Source: an uncultured Alphaproteobacteria bacterium (lineage in GTDB: Bacteria > Pseudomonadota > Alphaproteobacteria > CAAHEQ01 > UBA3637). Taken from it: DNA of 64,000 bases. The stretch is taken from NCBI GenBank assembly GCA_934203105.1, contig CAKPYQ010000004.1, positions 11,336 to 75,335 on the forward strand, written 5' to 3'. This document shows positions 19,915 to 29,334 of the stretch, piece after piece. The notes below the pieces were generated by a model. It was not told where the DNA came from. It saw only the letters and a program-made list of their open reading frames with translations, and ran no database searches. The translations under genes and the position numbers were made by a program. Position 1 is the first letter of the stretch. Each line of letters opens with the position of its first letter.

Positions 19915-20248
19915 AATGGCAGCAAAAGAATCTGCTTTGGGCAGTTTGGTTTATGACGCTTTAACGGGTACGCAAAAATCAGAGTTGAAAAATGAGCGGC
20001 AAAAAGCGCTGTTGGAACAACAAAATAACGTTCAAAATTATAAAAAAAGTTTAAGCTCTTACCGCGCCAAAATGGCCGCCGGCGGTGCTGGTGGTATTTC
20101 CGGCGGCGTGGAGGCGGGATTAGAGCAACAGTTGGACGACAAAAATGCGCTTGTTGCGCAAAGCTTTAATCAAAAAGCAAAGCAAAATAAAAATCAAGCA
20201 CGCAAAAAGACGTTGTTAAGTATGGGATTTAATATCGGTGCCGATTAG
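19907..20248 (+). CDS. hypothetical phage protein
   Basis: It is 113 aa, hydrophilic, with a Gly-rich middle section. Confidence 0.35.
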   Translation: MNKMAAKESALGSLVYDALTGTQKSELKNERQKALLEQQNNVQNYKKSLSSYRAKMAAGGAGGISGGVEAGLEQQLDDKNALVAQSFNQKAKQNKNQARKKTLLSMGFNIGAD

Positions 20249-20262
20249 AAAAGAGGGGAAAA

Positions 20263-20556
20263 ATGGCAAAGGAAAAAATACAAAAAGCAAAAGATTTTTT
20301 CTTGGCAACTATCCCCGAAAAATTAACGCAGGCATTAAAAGAATATGATACGTTTTCGGCTCAAAGTGCCCCAATGGATGCCAAATCTTTTGGGGCTTTT
20401 CATATGGCGTGCAAGAGTGCTTTGTCGCATATTGTGCTGTTGATGAAAATGTTGCAGTTGGTCGAAAATGGCGCGCAAGATCAATCCGATACCGATTGGT
20501 TGGCAAAAGCAAAATCAGCAATTTATGAAGCGGAAGATGAAGGGGACGATGAATAA
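20263..20556 (+). CDS. terminase small subunit candidate
   Basis: It is 97 aa with an acidic C-terminus, lies directly upstream of the large terminase and overlaps it. Confidence 0.3.
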   Translation: MAKEKIQKAKDFFLATIPEKLTQALKEYDTFSAQSAPMDAKSFGAFHMACKSALSHIVLLMKMLQLVENGAQDQSDTDWLAKAKSAIYEAEDEGDDE

Positions 20557-22012
20557 AGCAAACTTAATCGAATTTGTTTGGATTTGGGATCAATTGCAAC
20601 AGCTATCCGTTCCGAAACATCACCGCAAAATTTGTCGTTTTTTGGAAAAAAGCTTTTATGCCAAAACGGGGCAAGCGTTGTTGATGGCTTTTCGTAATTC
20701 GGGCAAATCGACGTTGGTCGGCTTGTTTTGTGCGTGGGTTTTATATGTGCGTCCGAATACGCGGATTTTAATTATGTCGGCGGATTATGAGTTGGCCAAA
20801 AAAATGGTTCGTAACGTCAAGCGAATTATCGAACGCCACCCGTTGACGGCTTTTTTAAAGCCAAAGCAAAAAGATCAATGGGCGTCGGATCGCTTTACGG
20901 TTTGCCGAGATTTGGAGTTGCGCGACCCGTCTGTTTTGGCGCGTGGCGTTGGTGCGAATATTACCGGTTGTCGTGCGGATTTGATTGTTTGCGACGATGT
21001 AGAAGTGCCAAAAAATTGTGATACGTCGGGCAAGCGGTTGGATTTGCGCGAACGTTTGTCGGAATTGGATTTTGTTTTGGTGCCAAAAGGTTTGGTTCTT
21101 TACATCGGTACGCCACACACAAAAGAGACAATTTATAATGTGGAAGAGGGCGGCTTTTTAAAGGGCTTTCCGGTTTTAAGGTTGCCGATTTTGGACGACA
21201 AAGGACAAAGCGCTTGGCCTGAACGATTTCCTTTGTGTAAAATCGAAGCGATAAAAAAACGTTCGGGACCGTTGAAGTTTTTAAGTCAAATGCTGTTAAA
21301 GCCCGTCAATTTAAAATCGGGTCGATTAAATGCGGCGGGGGTGGTTTTTTATGATCAAGAATTGCACTATCAGGAAACAAACCAAACGGCCGTGTTGATG
21401 ATCGGCGATAAGCAAATGGTTTCCGGATCTGCTTGGTGGGATCCGGCGTTTGGGGCTGGTACGAAAGGCGATAACAGCGTTTTGGCTTGTGTGTTTTTCG
21501 ATAAAGAGGGACGGGCTTTTTTGCACGATATTACTTACTTAAAAGTCGAACAAGCCGGCAAAGCGGCCGAAATCCAATGTGAAAAAGTGGCGGATTTGAT
21601 TGAAAAATATCATATCCCGCAAATCAGAATTGAAACAAACGGGATCGGTCGTTTTTTGCCCGAATTATTGAAAAATACGTTGCAACGACGGCGGATTGTT
21701 TGCGCTGTATTGCCTGTTCATTCGCACGTTCCAAAGGCGGTGCGAATTACGGAAAGTTTGGACGCGCGGTTGGCAAACGGGTCGTTGCTTTTCCACAATC
21801 GTGTCAAAGAAACGCCGCTGATGGAAGAATTAAATGCTTGGACACCGGAAAACAGCAAAACGCATGATGACGGCTTGGACGCTTTGGCGGGGTGTTTATT
21901 ATCCGAACCCGTGCGTTTTACGCGCTGTGCCAAGCAAACGGTAAAAGCGGGGGCAGATTGGCGCTATGGCGGGCAAATAACAAATTTAAGTTTAGATGAT
22001 GTCACAATTTAA
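20537..22012 (+). CDS. terminase large subunit
   Basis: Walker A FRNSGKST and Walker B-like LIVCDDVE are present. The C-terminal nuclease region is DPAFGAGTKGDNSVLACVFFD. The track ORF starts at 20468, but the ATG at 20537 or 20549 avoids overlap with the upstream gene. Confidence 0.8.
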   Translation: MKGTMNKANLIEFVWIWDQLQQLSVPKHHRKICRFLEKSFYAKTGQALLMAFRNSGKSTLVGLFCAWVLYVRPNTRILIMSADYELAKKMVRNVKRIIERHPLTAFLKPKQKDQWASDRFTVCRDLELRDPSVLARGVGANITGCRADLIVCDDVEVPKNCDTSGKRLDLRERLSELDFVLVPKGLVLYIGTPHTKETIYNVEEGGFLKGFPVLRLPILDDKGQSAWPERFPLCKIEAIKKRSGPLKFLSQMLLKPVNLKSGRLNAAGVVFYDQELHYQETNQTAVLMIGDKQMVSGSAWWDPAFGAGTKGDNSVLACVFFDKEGRAFLHDITYLKVEQAGKAAEIQCEKVADLIEKYHIPQIRIETNGIGRFLPELLKNTLQRRRIVCAVLPVHSHVPKAVRITESLDARLANGSLLFHNRVKETPLMEELNAWTPENSKTHDDGLDALAGCLLSEPVRFTRCAKQTVKAGADWRYGGQITNLSLDDVTI

Positions 22013-22451
22013 AAAAAAGGAGATTATGATGAAGCAGGACTTTTTCAGTGCGTCCGATATTTTGGCGCGCACTTTATACGGCGAAGCACGTTCGGAAGGT
22101 TTGATTGGAATAGAGGCCGTCGCAAACGTGATTTTAAATCGCGTTCGGTTGGCAAAAACGCATCATGTTTGGTGGGGCAATACGGTCGAGGAGGTTTGTT
22201 TAAAACCGTTTCAATTTTCGTGTTGGATCCCGTCGGATAAAAACTTTTATCATTTAATACGCGCCGATGAAAGGGATCCGACTTTTCGACTGTGTCAACG
22301 TGTTGCTGTGCGCGCTTTGACGGGATTTTTGCCGGATATAACTCACGGCGCAACACATTATCATTCAAAGCAGGTCAGTCCCGCTTGGGCGCGGAAATTA
22401 ACGCCTGTTTACGAATACGGTAATCATTTATTTTACAGGGAGATATCTTAA
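21996..22451 (+). CDS. cell wall hydrolase, SleB family (endolysin)
   Basis: The YGEARSEG...AVANVILNR...HYH pattern of the SleB/CwlJ hydrolase family is present. The protein is 151 aa and sits at the head of a lysis cassette. Confidence 0.7.
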   Translation: MMSQFKKKEIMMKQDFFSASDILARTLYGEARSEGLIGIEAVANVILNRVRLAKTHHVWWGNTVEEVCLKPFQFSCWIPSDKNFYHLIRADERDPTFRLCQRVAVRALTGFLPDITHGATHYHSKQVSPAWARKLTPVYEYGNHLFYREIS

Positions 22452-22453
22452 AA

Positions 22454-22741
22454 ATGGCTTCATTTGATTTGCAAATCGGTAAATTGATGGCGCAGTTTGA
22501 CAGCTTGCAAAGTCGTATAGACGACGTGCGCAAAGGTATGGATAACACGAACCGTCAGTTGGCCAAATGGCACGGGGAATTTGAAACATTCGCCGGTGAC
22601 ATTATGGAAAAAATGGAAAAGCGTTTCATTTTGCGTTCGGAAATAGCGCCGATCAAAGCCGCTTTGTCGGTGGTGTTGGTGGCAACCGTCAGCGCGATTT
22701 GTATCAGCTTATCCGAATTGTTTTTTAAACGTTTATTTTAA
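22454..22741 (+). CDS. membrane protein, holin/antiholin candidate
   Basis: It is 95 aa with a C-terminal TM segment (AALSVVLVATVSAICISL) and lies in the lysis cassette. Confidence 0.3.
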   Translation: MASFDLQIGKLMAQFDSLQSRIDDVRKGMDNTNRQLAKWHGEFETFAGDIMEKMEKRFILRSEIAPIKAALSVVLVATVSAICISLSELFFKRLF

Positions 22742-22761
22742 CATATAAAAGGAGTGAAAAA

Positions 22762-23180
22762 ATGGATTTTATTATGACGCATTTTGATGAAATTTTGGTT
22801 GCAATTACTTCGGTTGTGACGGCAGCCAGCGCTATATGTGCTTTGACGCCGACGCCCAAAGACGACAATTTTATGGCAAAAGTTCGCCAGTATTTGGACG
22901 TGTTGGCTTTGAATGTCGGGAATAGCAATAAAGCCAAAGAGGCGCCGGCGCAATGAAAAATTTATCGGAAATAATCAAAGTTTGCAGCGACTTTTTGTCT
23001 TGGCTGCAATTGGGTAAAAAGATAAAGGAAAATGATGTTTTACAAAAACAAAATAAAGCGTTGCGTCGGCAATTATATTGGGCTGCTTGTCCTTGTTTAT
23101 CTTGGGGCAATTTGCTTGGCTGGTTGCGCGGTGGGGCCGGACAGGGGAGCATGTCCGCCATTTCCGGCTCCAAACCCTGA
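22762..23180 (+). pseudogene. i-spanin (Rz-like) apparently split by an in-frame stop at 22954
   Basis: The 64-aa ORF has an N-terminal TM (ILVAITSVVTAASAICAL) and ends at TGA 22954-22956. A 75-aa coiled-coil ORF starts at the overlapping ATG 22953. Together they resemble one Rz. The o-spanin gene is embedded in an alternate frame. Confidence 0.35.
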
Positions 23181-23280
23181 AATAGCGCAAGAATTACAGC
23201 TTTGCCCGTTAGAGCAAATGCCTTTGTTTTATGATTGGTTAAATAAGCTGTATGTTTTGCAAAAACAGTTAGATAGGTAA
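23032..23280 (+). CDS. o-spanin (Rz1-like) outer-membrane lipoprotein
   Basis: The signal peptide carries the lipobox LAGC. The mature part is Pro-rich (GACPPFPAPNPE). The gene is embedded out of frame in the C-terminal half of the Rz-like ORF. Confidence 0.5.
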   Translation: MMFYKNKIKRCVGNYIGLLVLVYLGAICLAGCAVGPDRGACPPFPAPNPEIAQELQLCPLEQMPLFYDWLNKLYVLQKQLDR

Positions 23281-23285
23281 AAACG

Positions 23286-23322
23286 CAAGGCCTTTTGTAA
23301 CATCAAAAGGCCTTGTTTTGAT
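23286..23322. terminator. bidirectional rho-independent terminator between the lysis cassette and rpoD
   Basis: The stem CAAGGCCTTTTG / CAAAAGGCCTTG is flanked by T/A runs. Confidence 0.5.
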
Positions 23323-25410
23323 TTAGTTGCTTTCCAAGAATGTCCGCAATTTTTTCGAACGGCTCGGGTGCTTTAATTTACGCAAAGCCTTTGCTTCGAT
23401 CTGACGAATACGTTCACGCGTGACGGCAAATTGTTGTCCGACTTCTTCCAATGTGTGATCGGAAGTCATACCGATGCCAAAACGCATACGTAAAACACGC
23501 TCTTCACGCGGGGTTAGGGTTGCCAAAACCGACGAACACGCTTGCCGCAGATTGGAATGAATGGCCGCGTCCAAAGGTTGCAAAGTGCTTTTATCTTCGA
23601 TGAAATCGCCCAAGTGGCTGTCTTCCTCATCACCGACCGGTGTTTCCAAAGAAATAGGCTCTTTGGCAATTTTCATTACTTTGCGCACTTTTTCAATCGG
23701 CATATTCAACCGTTTTGCCAATTCTTCCGGCGTCGGCTCTTGCCCGTTTTCGTGCAACATTTGACGCCCTGTGCGTACCAATTTGTTAATCGTTTCGATC
23801 ATATGAACCGGAATGCGAATTGTGCGCGCCTGATCCGCGATCGAACGTGTAATCGCTTGCCGGATCCACCAAGTCGCATACGTCGAAAATTTATATCCGC
23901 GACGATATTCAAATTTATCAACCGCTTTCATCAAACCGATGTTGCCTTCTTGGATCAAATCCAAAAATTGTAATCCGCGATTGATGTATTTTTTGGCAAT
24001 CGAAATGACCAAACGCAAGTTGGCTTCAATCATTTCACGTTTAGCACGATTGGCTTCTTGCTCACCTTTTTTGACGGTGTTGACGATACGACGGTATTCC
24101 ATAATCGGCATTTGTGTTTCTTTGGATAAGTCCGCAATTGCCGCACGAATGTCGTCAACTTCATCGCCGTACTTTTCGATGAACGTCGTCCAAGCTTTGC
24201 CCGTACGTTTTGCCGCCGCCGGCCGCCATTCTGGTTGCATTTCCGTTTCGTGATAAAACTTTAAAAATTCTTCGCGTTTGATTTTGGCGTGCGTCGCAAC
24301 GCGCAACAACTTACCCTCTAACATCATCAAGCGCTTATTAACCTCGTTAATTTGCTCAATCAATTGTTCAATGCGATTCGGGTTGAAGTGAATCTTTTTC
24401 AACAATTCGATCATTTCCATATGGATTTTTTGATATTTTTCTTCAATATCTTTTGGGATTTTTTCGCCGGTTACCAAGTAAATTAAGCGACCCGTTTGCG
24501 CCCGTTTTAATTTTGCATAGCTTTGTGCGATTTGTTCAAAAATGCCCAAAATTTCCGGCAAAATAGCTTCTTCCATTTGGCGGATAGAATAAGAGGATTC
24601 ATCGTCTTCATCATTTTCGTCGATATCAGCATCAGAAGAAGTATCTTCTTGTTCTTCTTCTTCATCGATTTGATCGATTTGATCGTCATCGGCCAATTCT
24701 TCATCATCATCTTCGTCAACATCGGATAATTCTTCGAATTCATCTTCGTTGTCGTCTTCGTCGCTTTCCGGTTTTTCAGATGCCAATAATAATTCATCGT
24801 CTTTTTCCAACATTTTTTCTTTTTCGTGCTTTTCAATGCTGGCAAGCAAAGCTTTTTTAGACGGATCCGCTTCGTAAGTGGCTTCCAAATCGATGATGTC
24901 GCGCAACTGCATTTCGCCGGTCAACAAAGCGCTGTGCCAACCCATCAAGGCTTTCATTGTCATTGCGCTTTCGGTCAAACCGCCGATCATAACGTTATTG
25001 CCGGCTTCGATTCGTTTGGCAATCGCGATTTCGCCTTCACGAGACAACAATTCCACAATGCCCATTTCGCGCAGATACATACGCACCGGATCATTCGTAC
25101 GACCCAAGTTCGCCAATTCATCTTCGCTGTCTTCGTCATCGTTTCTTTCGATCGCGTCATCGCTGTTTTCTTCGTCGTCTTTTTCAACAACGTGAATGTC
25201 CAAATCAGATAAAATCGTCATTGCTTCTTCAATGGCTTCCGGCCCTTGTTCGGCGGAAATAGCCATATTGACTTCATCAACAGATACAACACCTTTCGCC
25301 TTTGCCTTTTCAACCAGTTTTGCAAAAGCGGGACCTAATGAATCTTCGACAGACACTTCGTCATTGTCCAAATCTGCCAATTCATCGTTTTCATCGTCTA
25401 TGGATCTCAT
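23323..25410 (-). CDS. rpoD: RNA polymerase sigma factor RpoD (sigma-70)
   Basis: Regions 2.4, 3 and 4 are canonical ([53 protein letters not shown]). A long acidic non-conserved insert is present. Confidence 0.95.
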   Translation of the reverse strand: MRSIDDENDELADLDNDEVSVEDSLGPAFAKLVEKAKAKGVVSVDEVNMAISAEQGPEAIEEAMTILSDLDIHVVEKDDEENSDDAIERNDDEDSEDELANLGRTNDPVRMYLREMGIVELLSREGEIAIAKRIEAGNNVMIGGLTESAMTMKALMGWHSALLTGEMQLRDIIDLEATYEADPSKKALLASIEKHEKEKMLEKDDELLLASEKPESDEDDNEDEFEELSDVDEDDDEELADDDQIDQIDEEEEQEDTSSDADIDENDEDDESSYSIRQMEEAILPEILGIFEQIAQSYAKLKRAQTGRLIYLVTGEKIPKDIEEKYQKIHMEMIELLKKIHFNPNRIEQLIEQINEVNKRLMMLEGKLLRVATHAKIKREEFLKFYHETEMQPEWRPAAAKRTGKAWTTFIEKYGDEVDDIRAAIADLSKETQMPIMEYRRIVNTVKKGEQEANRAKREMIEANLRLVISIAKKYINRGLQFLDLIQEGNIGLMKAVDKFEYRRGYKFSTYATWWIRQAITRSIADQARTIRIPVHMIETINKLVRTGRQMLHENGQEPTPEELAKRLNMPIEKVRKVMKIAKEPISLETPVGDEEDSHLGDFIEDKSTLQPLDAAIHSNLRQACSSVLATLTPREERVLRMRFGIGMTSDHTLEEVGQQFAVTRERIRQIEAKALRKLKHPSRSKKLRTFLESN

Positions 25411-25484
25411 TCGTGCACTCTTTCTTTAAAAATTAATTAAAGTCCGTTTCTATTTACACTTTTTTTATGTGTTTGTCAAGTTTA

Positions 25485-27269
25485 TTATACATTTTCTTTA
25501 TTTTTTTCGCGTTCCTGCTTTAAAGATAAAATGTGTGTCCAAAGCTTAGGCGTCGGGTTTGCTTTGAATTCTTGCATTTGCGCTTTAATTTCTTCGTCTA
25601 ACAAATTGCCTTCCAAAGCTTTTATTTTAATTTCGAATTCGGCTTTGGCCTCTTCGGGGGACTTGTTCGCGCGCGCCAAAGTTTCCAATTCTTGGTTTAA
25701 GTAAATAAATAAGTTTTTCGAATATTTTTCTTGCAATAACTTTTTAAAATCCGCCGCGTTTATGGTGGGGTTGTCCGTCAATTCATTGCTTAAAATTTCC
25801 TGTAAACGCAGTACTTTTTTATCCTTGATTTTCAGGTATGACAAGCGTTCCATATAGCGCGCATAAAGCTCGGGAAACAAAATCAAATAAGTCAATAACA
25901 TTTTTGCATCGTTTAAATAGGGCGTTAAAGTCGGAATAAGAGCGACTTTTAATGTCGGGGCTGCGTGTTTGCGCGCGCCGTTTTTGTTTTGATACATCAT
26001 TTCTTTTGTAAACTTTTTTAATTCCAGTTTAAACTCTTTTTCGTAATAGCCGCGAACAGTTGCGTTTTTAATGTTTTGAAGCAATGATTGAATGTCTTTG
26101 TCCAATGCTGCAAAGTGTTCCGGTGTTTCAAACTTTTTGCCCACCGTTAAGGTTTGCCATAACAGCCAAGATAAAGGTTTTGCCGTATTGAGCAGTGCTT
26201 CAAATGCTTGTTTTCCTTTGACTTTTGCAAAATCGTCAGGATCCAATCCGTCGGGTAAAAAGACGAATTTTAATGAATAGCCTTCCTTTAAAATCGGCAA
26301 TACGCGTTTAGCCGCTCGTTCGGCCGCGCGAATACCGGCACCGTCTCCGTCAAAACAAATCGTGGGTTCGGGCGATGTTTTCCATAAAATTTCAATCTGG
26401 CCTTCCGTTAACGCGGTGCCCAGCGGTGCAACCGCATTTGTAATGCCGATTTTATGCAAAGCAATAACGTCCATATAGCCTTCGACCAACACGGCTTTTC
26501 CGGTTTGGCGCATTGTTTCCAGCGCATAAGGCAGAGCATATAAATTTTCCCCTTTATGAAACAACACTGTTTCGGGCGAATTTAAATATTTGGGTTCGGC
26601 TTTGACCATAACGCGACCGCCAAAAGCAATGATATGCTTGCGCTTGTCAGCAATTGAAAACATCACGCGGTTATGAAAATAATCGTAATTTTCGCGTCCT
26701 TTTTCGGTTGCTTTATGAACTAATCCCAAAGCGATTAAATCTTTTTCGGCACAACCTTGTTGCATCAAAGTTTTACGCAACAAATTGCCCGCAGGCGCAT
26801 AGCCCAAACGAAAATGGCGAATATCTTCGTCCGTCAATCCCCGTTTGTGCAGGTAGTTTAAACCTTCTTTCCCTTCGGGCTTATAGAGCATTTGTTCAAA
26901 AAAAGTACATGCTTTTTCCATCACTTCATACAGCGAATTTTGGTTTGCCAATCGTTGCATTTGTTGCGGAGAAGCTTTTGGAACTTCCATGCCGGCCATG
27001 TGCGCCAAAGTTTCGACGGCGTCCATAAACGGCATTTTTTCACAGTTGACCAAAAAAGAAATCGCATCCCCGTGCGCTCCACACCCGAAACAATGATAAA
27101 AGCCTTTTTCTTCGCTGACGGTAAAAGAGGGCGTTTTTTCCTTATGAAAAGGGCATAATCCGGTGTATTCGTGACCGCGGCGTGTCAGCTTTACTTTTTT
27201 ACCGACAACCGAAACCAACGATACCCGTAAGCGTAAATCGTCCAAAAAACGCGGCGGAAGAAAAGCCAT
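25485..27269 (-). CDS. dnaG: DNA primase DnaG
   Basis: Zinc ribbon CPFHKEKTPSFTV...CFGCGAHGD is present. The TOPRIM region EGYMDVIAL...FDGDGAG is present. Confidence 0.95.
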   Translation of the reverse strand: MAFLPPRFLDDLRLRVSLVSVVGKKVKLTRRGHEYTGLCPFHKEKTPSFTVSEEKGFYHCFGCGAHGDAISFLVNCEKMPFMDAVETLAHMAGMEVPKASPQQMQRLANQNSLYEVMEKACTFFEQMLYKPEGKEGLNYLHKRGLTDEDIRHFRLGYAPAGNLLRKTLMQQGCAEKDLIALGLVHKATEKGRENYDYFHNRVMFSIADKRKHIIAFGGRVMVKAEPKYLNSPETVLFHKGENLYALPYALETMRQTGKAVLVEGYMDVIALHKIGITNAVAPLGTALTEGQIEILWKTSPEPTICFDGDGAGIRAAERAAKRVLPILKEGYSLKFVFLPDGLDPDDFAKVKGKQAFEALLNTAKPLSWLLWQTLTVGKKFETPEHFAALDKDIQSLLQNIKNATVRGYYEKEFKLELKKFTKEMMYQNKNGARKHAAPTLKVALIPTLTPYLNDAKMLLTYLILFPELYARYMERLSYLKIKDKKVLRLQEILSNELTDNPTINAADFKKLLQEKYSKNLFIYLNQELETLARANKSPEEAKAEFEIKIKALEGNLLDEEIKAQMQEFKANPTPKLWTHILSLKQEREKNKENV

Positions 27270-27276
27270 CAGAGCA

Positions 27277-27732
27277 TTATCCCAACAAAGATTTGATCAA
27301 TCCGGAAGCTTTTCCAAAATCCATTTGACCGGCATATTTTGCGCGCAGAGCGCCCATAACTTTGCCCATATCTTTCATGGAAGCGGCGCCCGTTTCTTTG
27401 ATAACAGCTTCGATTGCGGCCTTGACAGCGTCATCGTCCATTTGTGCCGGCAAGAAAGAGGATATAATTTCAATTTCCTTTTTTTCTTTTTCTGCCAAAT
27501 CAGCACGTCCGCCTTTTTCATACAAATCAACGCTTTCGCGGCGTTGCTTGATCATCGATTGAAACATCGACAAGATTTCATCATCGCTGATCCCGTCGGT
27601 TTTGCCGGCCGGCCGAGCCGCAATATCTTTGTCTTTTAATGTTGCGCCGATCATACGCAAAGTTGAAACTTTCGCTTCATCTTTTGCTTTCATTGCGGCA
27701 ACTAATTCAGCTTTAATTTGTTCTCTTAACAT
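27277..27732 (-). CDS. yqeY: GatB/YqeY domain protein
   Basis: It has the typical 151-aa YqeY fold sequence (LKDKDIAARPAGK...). It lies upstream of dnaG-rpoD. Confidence 0.85.
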   Translation of the reverse strand: MLREQIKAELVAAMKAKDEAKVSTLRMIGATLKDKDIAARPAGKTDGISDDEILSMFQSMIKQRRESVDLYEKGGRADLAEKEKKEIEIISSFLPAQMDDDAVKAAIEAVIKETGAASMKDMGKVMGALRAKYAGQMDFGKASGLIKSLLG

Positions 27733-27940
27733 TTTATAATCTCCTGAATATTTAAATAAATAAGTACTGTTTTTTATTTTTCAAGTCAAAAACGGATAAA
27801 ATTATAATGTCACAGTTTAGCATATCTTTCAAGTGCAAAAATCATAAAGAGGTATATTTTTTTTAAAAAAAGCTTTTACAGGGGTGTTTTGGTGCTTATT
27901 TGTTTTTTGAAAACTTTTTTTAAAAAAAACGGGGGCATAA

Positions 27941-29263
27941 ATGCACAAAAAATCTTTATTATTTAAAACAGTTTCTTTTGCGGCTTTGGGACTTGGCTTG
28001 TTTGCCGTCAGCGCGTTTTGTGAAACGGCGCCCTTAAAAGCCGATGCCGGTTTTAAATCGGCCGTTGTTTCAACGGGGTCTGATATGGGACGCAAAGAAA
28101 AAATGACGCTTGTCTCGCCGGGACAAAAAAGCGTTCACCGTCGTTTACAAAAACAATCCGACGTTCAAAAGCAAACAACGCCGGAAAGCTTTGATAAACT
28201 CTATTCGGACTTTAAAAAATCGTTAAATGACGCGATCGGATTATCTTATACTTTCGATGTGTCTGTTTTGGGGCAACGCGGCGCGCCAAACGGCAAAGGA
28301 ACAGCTTGGCAAACGCAATATTACGGTTCCGCAAACTGGGATATGTATTCATCACGGTTTGGGTCGGGATCTTTACAAGCAGCCTATACCTATGTTCATT
28401 ATTGGGGCAAAAGCGCAGAGCGAATCGGAAATAATATCGGCGTTGTCAATGATATCAATGATTACAGCTCTAACGCCTATTACTTTGATCAATTAAGCTA
28501 TACACATCAATTTGACGGGGTGATGAAACCGTTGTCCGTTACAATCGGTCAATTTCCGATGTACACATTCGACGGATCAGAATATGACGCAAACCAACAA
28601 ATCAACTTTATCAATTACGCGTTGTCGCAAAACGGATCATCCAGCTATCCCAGCGCCGGCTTGGGCGGCTTTATCACTTTGACGCCGAATGATCAGTTCA
28701 GCTTTACTGTCGGTATGCAGGATGCCAACAACATATCAGGATCGAAAATCCAAACGTCGACGCTTCATCGCAAACAATTTACCAGCTTTGCATCTGTCAG
28801 CTATACGCCGACAATTAAAGGCTTGGGAGCGGGGCAATATTCTGTGATGATTTATAATCAACCGTGGACGATCGAGCAACCGGATACCAGCAACGGGTGG
28901 TCGTTTAACTTGTCGCAAGATTTGAATGATAAGTTGACGGTTTTCGGCCGAATTAACGGATCGACGGGCAATGTTGAAACAATCAAACAATCGTATGTTT
29001 TGGGTGGCGTTGTCAATAACCCGTTTGAACGTAACGCTTTGGATCAAATCGGTTTTGCGGCGGCCGTCAACAAAATCAATAAAGAAGTCGCCGGCGGGAA
29101 CCCCCGATCGGTTGAAACGGTTTTGGAAGGTTATTTGTCTGTTGGAGTATCGAATTATTTAATTTTAACGCCGGACGTTCAATTTTATATCAATCCGGCG
29201 TCCGATAAGGATAACAGCCATACCGCAACAGTTGTCAGTATGCGCGCAACATTGATGTTCTGA
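27941..29263 (+). CDS. outer-membrane beta-barrel porin (OprB-like candidate)
   Basis: A signal peptide is present. Alternating-residue beta-strands run throughout. The C-terminal residue is Phe (ATLMF), typical of OMPs. Confidence 0.55.
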   Translation: MHKKSLLFKTVSFAALGLGLFAVSAFCETAPLKADAGFKSAVVSTGSDMGRKEKMTLVSPGQKSVHRRLQKQSDVQKQTTPESFDKLYSDFKKSLNDAIGLSYTFDVSVLGQRGAPNGKGTAWQTQYYGSANWDMYSSRFGSGSLQAAYTYVHYWGKSAERIGNNIGVVNDINDYSSNAYYFDQLSYTHQFDGVMKPLSVTIGQFPMYTFDGSEYDANQQINFINYALSQNGSSSYPSAGLGGFITLTPNDQFSFTVGMQDANNISGSKIQTSTLHRKQFTSFASVSYTPTIKGLGAGQYSVMIYNQPWTIEQPDTSNGWSFNLSQDLNDKLTVFGRINGSTGNVETIKQSYVLGGVVNNPFERNALDQIGFAAAVNKINKEVAGGNPRSVETVLEGYLSVGVSNYLILTPDVQFYINPASDKDNSHTATVVSMRATLMF

Positions 29264-29287
29264 TCGCCTTATCAGAGCTGTCAGTAA

Positions 29288-29334
29288 AAAACGCCCGTTT
29301 TTTTAAGTTTAACTTGCGGGCGTTTCGTTTTTAT
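29288..29334. terminator. bidirectional terminator between porin and pilin-like genes
   Basis: The stem AACGCCCG / CGGGCGTT is followed by a T-run. Confidence 0.35.

Noticed and set aside
23542-25429. Multiple + strand ORFs (104-143 aa) inside rpoD
   Set aside because: They are antisense to a highly conserved sigma-70 gene and consist of low-complexity translations of the acidic-insert complement.
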